A stretch of DNA of 64,000 bases from the human T2T-CHM13v2.0 reference genome, Homo sapiens. Below, in pieces: positions 57,753 to 64,000 of the stretch (positions are counted from its first letter, which is position 1; every line of letters begins with the position of its first letter). Made by a program: the position numbers and the translations under genes. Location: assembly GCF_009914755.1 (NCBI RefSeq), contig NC_060932.1; one strand, 5' to 3'. The notes beneath the pieces are model-generated. The model saw only the letters and a program-made list of their open reading frames with translations. It was not told the DNA's origin and searched no databases.

Positions 57753-58126
57753 CAGGGGTCTCCAAACCCCAGGCCATGTATTGATACTGGCCTGTGGCCT
57801 GTTAGGAACCAGGCCACACAGCATGAGGTGAGCGGCAGGCCAGCAAGCATTATCACCTAAGCTCCGCCTCCTGCCAGATCAGCGGTGGCATTAGATTCCC
57901 ATAGGAGTGCAAACCCTATTGTGAACTGTGCATGCAAGGGATCTAGGCTGCGCATTCCTTATGTCTGGCAGAAGAAATTTCAAAAATCTAATGTCTGTAA
58001 TGCCTGATGATCTGAGGTGGAACAGTTTCATCCCAAAACCATCCCCCTCAATCACAGCCTCCAGTCCATGGAAAAATTGTCTTCCATGAAACTGGCCCCT
58101 GGTGCCAAAAAGGTTGGGGACTTATG
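57753..58126. mobile_element. MER1B-like hAT-Charlie MITE
   Basis: CAGGGGTCTCCAAACCCCAGGCC...GGCATTAGATTCCCATAGGAG...CCTGGTGCCAAAAAGGTTGGGGAC. Confidence 0.85.
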
Positions 58127-58149
58127 CTACCTATAATACTGTATATAGG

Positions 58150-59960
<1,811 letters not shown>

Positions 59961-60096
59961 TCTCTGTTTATTTGAAATCATATAGTTCTTATTTATTTGA
60001 ACTATTTCTATGTTGCATTTAGGGATTAATAATACCATATTTAATATTTAACTTTATGTGTTTATCACACAAAATAAGGACAAGAATTGTTTTGCG

Positions 60097-60099
<3 letters not shown>

Positions 60100-60127
<28 letters not shown>
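60100..60127. repeat. (GT)n microsatellite, ~14 units
   Basis: Directly visible. Confidence 0.95.
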
Positions 60128-60330
60128 ACAGGTGCGCGTATACTCATTTTGGGTTTAATGAAAATTCATCCCAACAAGATTACCTGAATCAGTCCTCTCA
60201 ACCTTACTCTAAATCACTCATGAAAACAAGGATGTTGCCAACATCCAAACAGGACCAAGGTCTGCATAACAGAGGGCTTACATGGCCATACATGTAACTA
60301 TCAACTTGAAGTTGCAATTTATGTTTTAAA

Positions 60331-60509
60331 TTTTATTTATTTATTTATTTATTTATTTATTGGAGAGAGGATCTTGGTCTGTTGTCCAGGCTAGAATGCA
60401 GTGGTGCGATCATGGCTCTCTGTGGCCTAAACCTCCTGGGCTCAAGCAATCATTCCACCTCAGCTTCCTAAAGTGCTGGGATTACAGGTGTGAGCCATCA
60501 TGCCCAGCC
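60331..60509 (-). mobile_element. Monomeric Alu (FRAM/AluJ-like) with a (TTTA)n tail
   Basis: ~150-bp single-arm Alu with AluJ-type GGGCTCAAGCAATC diagnostics. Confidence 0.8.
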
Positions 60510-61489
60510 AAAATTACAATTCAATTGTCCTTGTTCTTAAGTCATGTCAGCCATCATGGATCACTTTGAGACCTCAGCCTCCTGCTGTGTGCTGGCTCCT
60601 CTCTTCCTTTTTCTACCCCTTCCTCTCACTACCCCAAAACCCACCTCCCCAAGTCCCCCAAGAAATTCCAAGTTTGTTTCACTCTATTAAGCACAATATT
60701 TCAACTCTCCTCAGCCAGCTCCATGTCCACCTTCCAAAGCCACTTGAAGTGTCCACTAAATAAACTTAGGCCCATTTCCCTCTAGCAGACCTCTCCTCCT
60801 TTACATTCTCAGGCCCCAAACCTATCTACCCATCCTACCTTCCTGCACCCTTAGGATTCAGAAAGTCTCTCCTCAAACATAAATCTTCTTGAGACCACCT
60901 CTTCCAGTATTCTCAGGCCTTCCTGACTCATCTTTCTTGCTCCAGCCCCTGCCACAATTTCCTTTTGTAATTGTCAGTTTCTTGTGAAAAAAATCTGCCT
61001 ACAGCCAGGACCACTCTGAGTGATCTCTTTCCTTCATCCACTGAGATCTGAAACTCTCCCTCATGTGGGAGTTGTTCCTTCCTCAGCCTCTCCCAAAATG
61101 GCTCTGCAAGTAACACTTCCTGAGCACTTAACTCTCCTGGGTACTATGCCGAGTGCTTTGCATAAATTATCCCCACAGCAGCCCAGCTTGGCAGATTCAG
61201 TTAGTTCCTGCATTTTACTAGAGATACAACTGAGGTTTACAGAGAAAAGGTAATTTTCCCATTCATTCAGCATTAAGTGGGGCAGCTGGGATTTGAAAAT
61301 ACTGTCACCCTGGTGTGACAGCCCAGGCTCACTACTCCATCCACCCCTCTCCCGTGTTAAAAATCACTTCTTGCACTCAAACCACACTCTAGTGAAATTA
61401 GAGCAAAGCAGGGAAAAAATAGAAAAAGACACCTGATCTTCTGAGAATTCCTGAACTACAGGAAGGAAGGGCTTTGTTTGCTCACTGCT

Positions 61490-61894
61490 TGATATGATTT
61501 GGATCTGTGTCCCCAACCAAATCTTATATCAATCTAATCCCCATTATTGAAGGTGGGGCCTGGTGGGAGGTGATTGAATCATGGGAACAGTTTCTCATGA
61601 ATGGTTTAACACCATTCCGCTAGCCGCTGTTCTTGTGATAATGAGTTCTCATGAGATCTGGTTGTTTAAAAGTGTATAGCACCTCCCCACTCTCTCTTCC
61701 TCCTGTGCTGGCGGTGTGAAGATGCCTCGCTCCCACTTCTACCATGATTGAAAGCTCCCTGAGGCCTCCCTAGAAGCATAAGCCACTCTGCTTCCGTAAG
61801 GCCTGCAGAACCATGAGCCACTTAAACCTCTTTTCTTTACAAATTACTCAGTCTCAGGTATTTCTTTATAGTATTGCAAGAGTGGACTAATATA
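61490..61894 (-). mobile_element. MaLR solo LTR (MSTA/MSTB-like)
   Basis: TGATATGATTTGGATCTGTGTCCCC...GTCTCAGGTATTTCTTTATAG...GACTAATATA. TSD CTGC(T/C). Confidence 0.9.
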
Positions 61895-61998
61895 CTGCCG
61901 TATCCCCAGAACCCCGACCGCTGAACACAGAACAGATGAGGGGCTCAGAATTAATTGCAGGGTAAATAAATGAATGGAGTTTCAAATTCTATCTCTAA

Positions 61999-62321
<323 letters not shown>

Positions 62322-62529
62322 ACCTCTAACCTTTAATTTCTTAGCAACAGGAGCAATAGTAAAGGTTTTCGTATGTAGCTCACCAAGCACATGCACATCC
62401 GTTACCTGATTCAAGCCTAACAACAGTCCCATGAGTTTAGAGTTACTGTCATCCCCCTTCAGTGAGTACCTACTATGTATGGAGTACCAGGACATAAGCC
62501 CAGTGGTATGAAGAAGCATAACCATGCTA

Positions 62530-64000
62530 CCCATTCATTCATCCATTCAACAGGTATTTATTTATTGAGCACCTGATAAATTCCAAATACTGTTCTGGGT
62601 TCCAGGAATTGAACAATGAACATGAGGGCAATCTCTGCCCTCATGGAGTTTTAAGACTAGTGGAGAAGGCAGAAAAACAGATATGAAAATATATTTACAG
62701 TATAATGCAAAGGAAAAATACATGTTATTGAAAATAGTAAAGTAGGAGGGAAATGAGGGTTATTGCTCTATCTAGGGTGCTCATATTTGAGCAGAGCCCA
62801 GGATGATGTGTGCAGGAAGGAAAGCCAAGCACATGCCTGGATGGCAGGGGGAGGCAGCGGGAGAGTGGTGCACCGGCACAGGCAGGTGTGTACGAAGCTC
62901 CCCTAAAGAACAGCCAAGACAGGGATGGCCAGAGTTCAGCCTGATGGAGGGAAAGAGTTGTCAGGCTGCAGCCCTGTTCAATAGCCCACAAGATGACTCT
63001 GTGAAAACTTGAAAAAGATATTGCTTCCCCTAAACACCTTATTTCAACTGCCAGAAAATTGCCTGGCGTTGTGCCCCTGCCATTGTGCACAGCTAAAGAA
63101 GAGAAATTCAAGAAAGAACCCAGGCATAGTCCAGAAGAGAAGGATCCAGTGAATGAAACCGGGACAGAATGGGCAGGGTGGGAACCAGGGGAGTGTAGTA
63201 TCCTACAAGCCAAGTGAAGGATGCCTCAAGAAGGAAGGAGATGGGTGGGATGCTACTCATCAGTTGAGATAAAAACTCAGAGATTTCCAATAGATGGTCA
63301 TTGCAGACCTGGAGTTTAGGTGGAGTAGTGAGGACCCAAATCTGATGGAATGGATTAAAGAGAGAACAAAAAGTGAGGAAATTGAGGCAGCTACCAGAGA
63401 CAACTCCCATAGTTTAGAATAATATTAGAAATAAAGGGGGAAAATGGGGCTGAGCAGGATGTGAGGTTAAAGATAAGTGGTACTGCAGAGTGTTTAAATT
63501 TCACTGGAATGACACAGTAGAGAGAGATAGGTGATGCAGAAGGAAGCAAGAAGAGCGGGAATAAAGTGCTGGAGTAGGCGAGAGCAGAAGGGATCCAGCA
63601 TGCAGGGGGAAAGCCAGCCCTAGGTAGGAACAAGGACTTCTCATTCAAGCAACAGAAGTAGAGATGCAGGAAGGATCGTAGATCTTGTAGTTGAAGCCTA
63701 CCAAAATTCTCTTTCAATTGCTTTCATTTTCTCAGTGACATAAGAAGCAAGTTTATGAGTGGAGCAGAGAGACCATTGCTGGTCTGAGGAAAGAGAAGAC
63801 AGGAGTGAAATCACTCTTTGGGAAAGTGGGGATGGATTGACAAGGTGAGTGAAGCCCCTCTGCCAGGAAGGGCTGAGTGCCTACTTCAAGTCCAAGGTCA
63901 GGAGTTTAAAGTGAGGCCAATTGACAAGGGTGTGTGCTCTTCACAAGCTATAGGGAGCTTCTTGGGTGAAGGAGGAGAATAGTCCAAGTTGGATTTAACC
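62530..64000 (-). mobile_element. L2 LINE fragments
   Basis: CATTCATTCATCCATTCAACAGGTATTTATTTATTGAGCACC, the reversed L2 3' end, followed by a purine-rich L2 body. Confidence 0.65.

Overview
Primate (human-like) intergenic or intronic DNA dominated by interspersed repeats. I find no credible protein-coding gene: the ORF-track entries I can assign are L1, Alu or LTR fragments, and the rest look like chance ORFs. Main elements: (1) the 5' 5.3 kb of a primate L1PA7/8-like element on the minus strand, with an ORF0 remnant in its 5'UTR; (2) two long old L1M elements carrying nested Alus and younger L1 3' ends; (3) a full-length U3 snoRNA retrocopy at 28000-28213; (4) a ~1 kb processed mRNA 3'UTR retrocopy at 39063-40070, inserted in an L1PB fragment; (5) an LTR cluster at 47-56 kb, with a full MaLR (MST) provirus inside MER21 and an ERV1 solo LTR inside the MaLR; (6) a decayed hAT/Charlie transposase at ~58-60 kb. 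The most unusual structures are junctional: a ~30-bp tandem triplication across the target-site/U3 5' junction, a 76-bp inverted duplication ending in a G-tract (51676-51751 vs 52010-52085), and an apparent ~500-bp L1-insertion-mediated deletion. I see no evidence of a new multi-gene system. Repeat subfamily names come from my recollection of consensus sequences and need RepeatMasker/Dfam confirmation.
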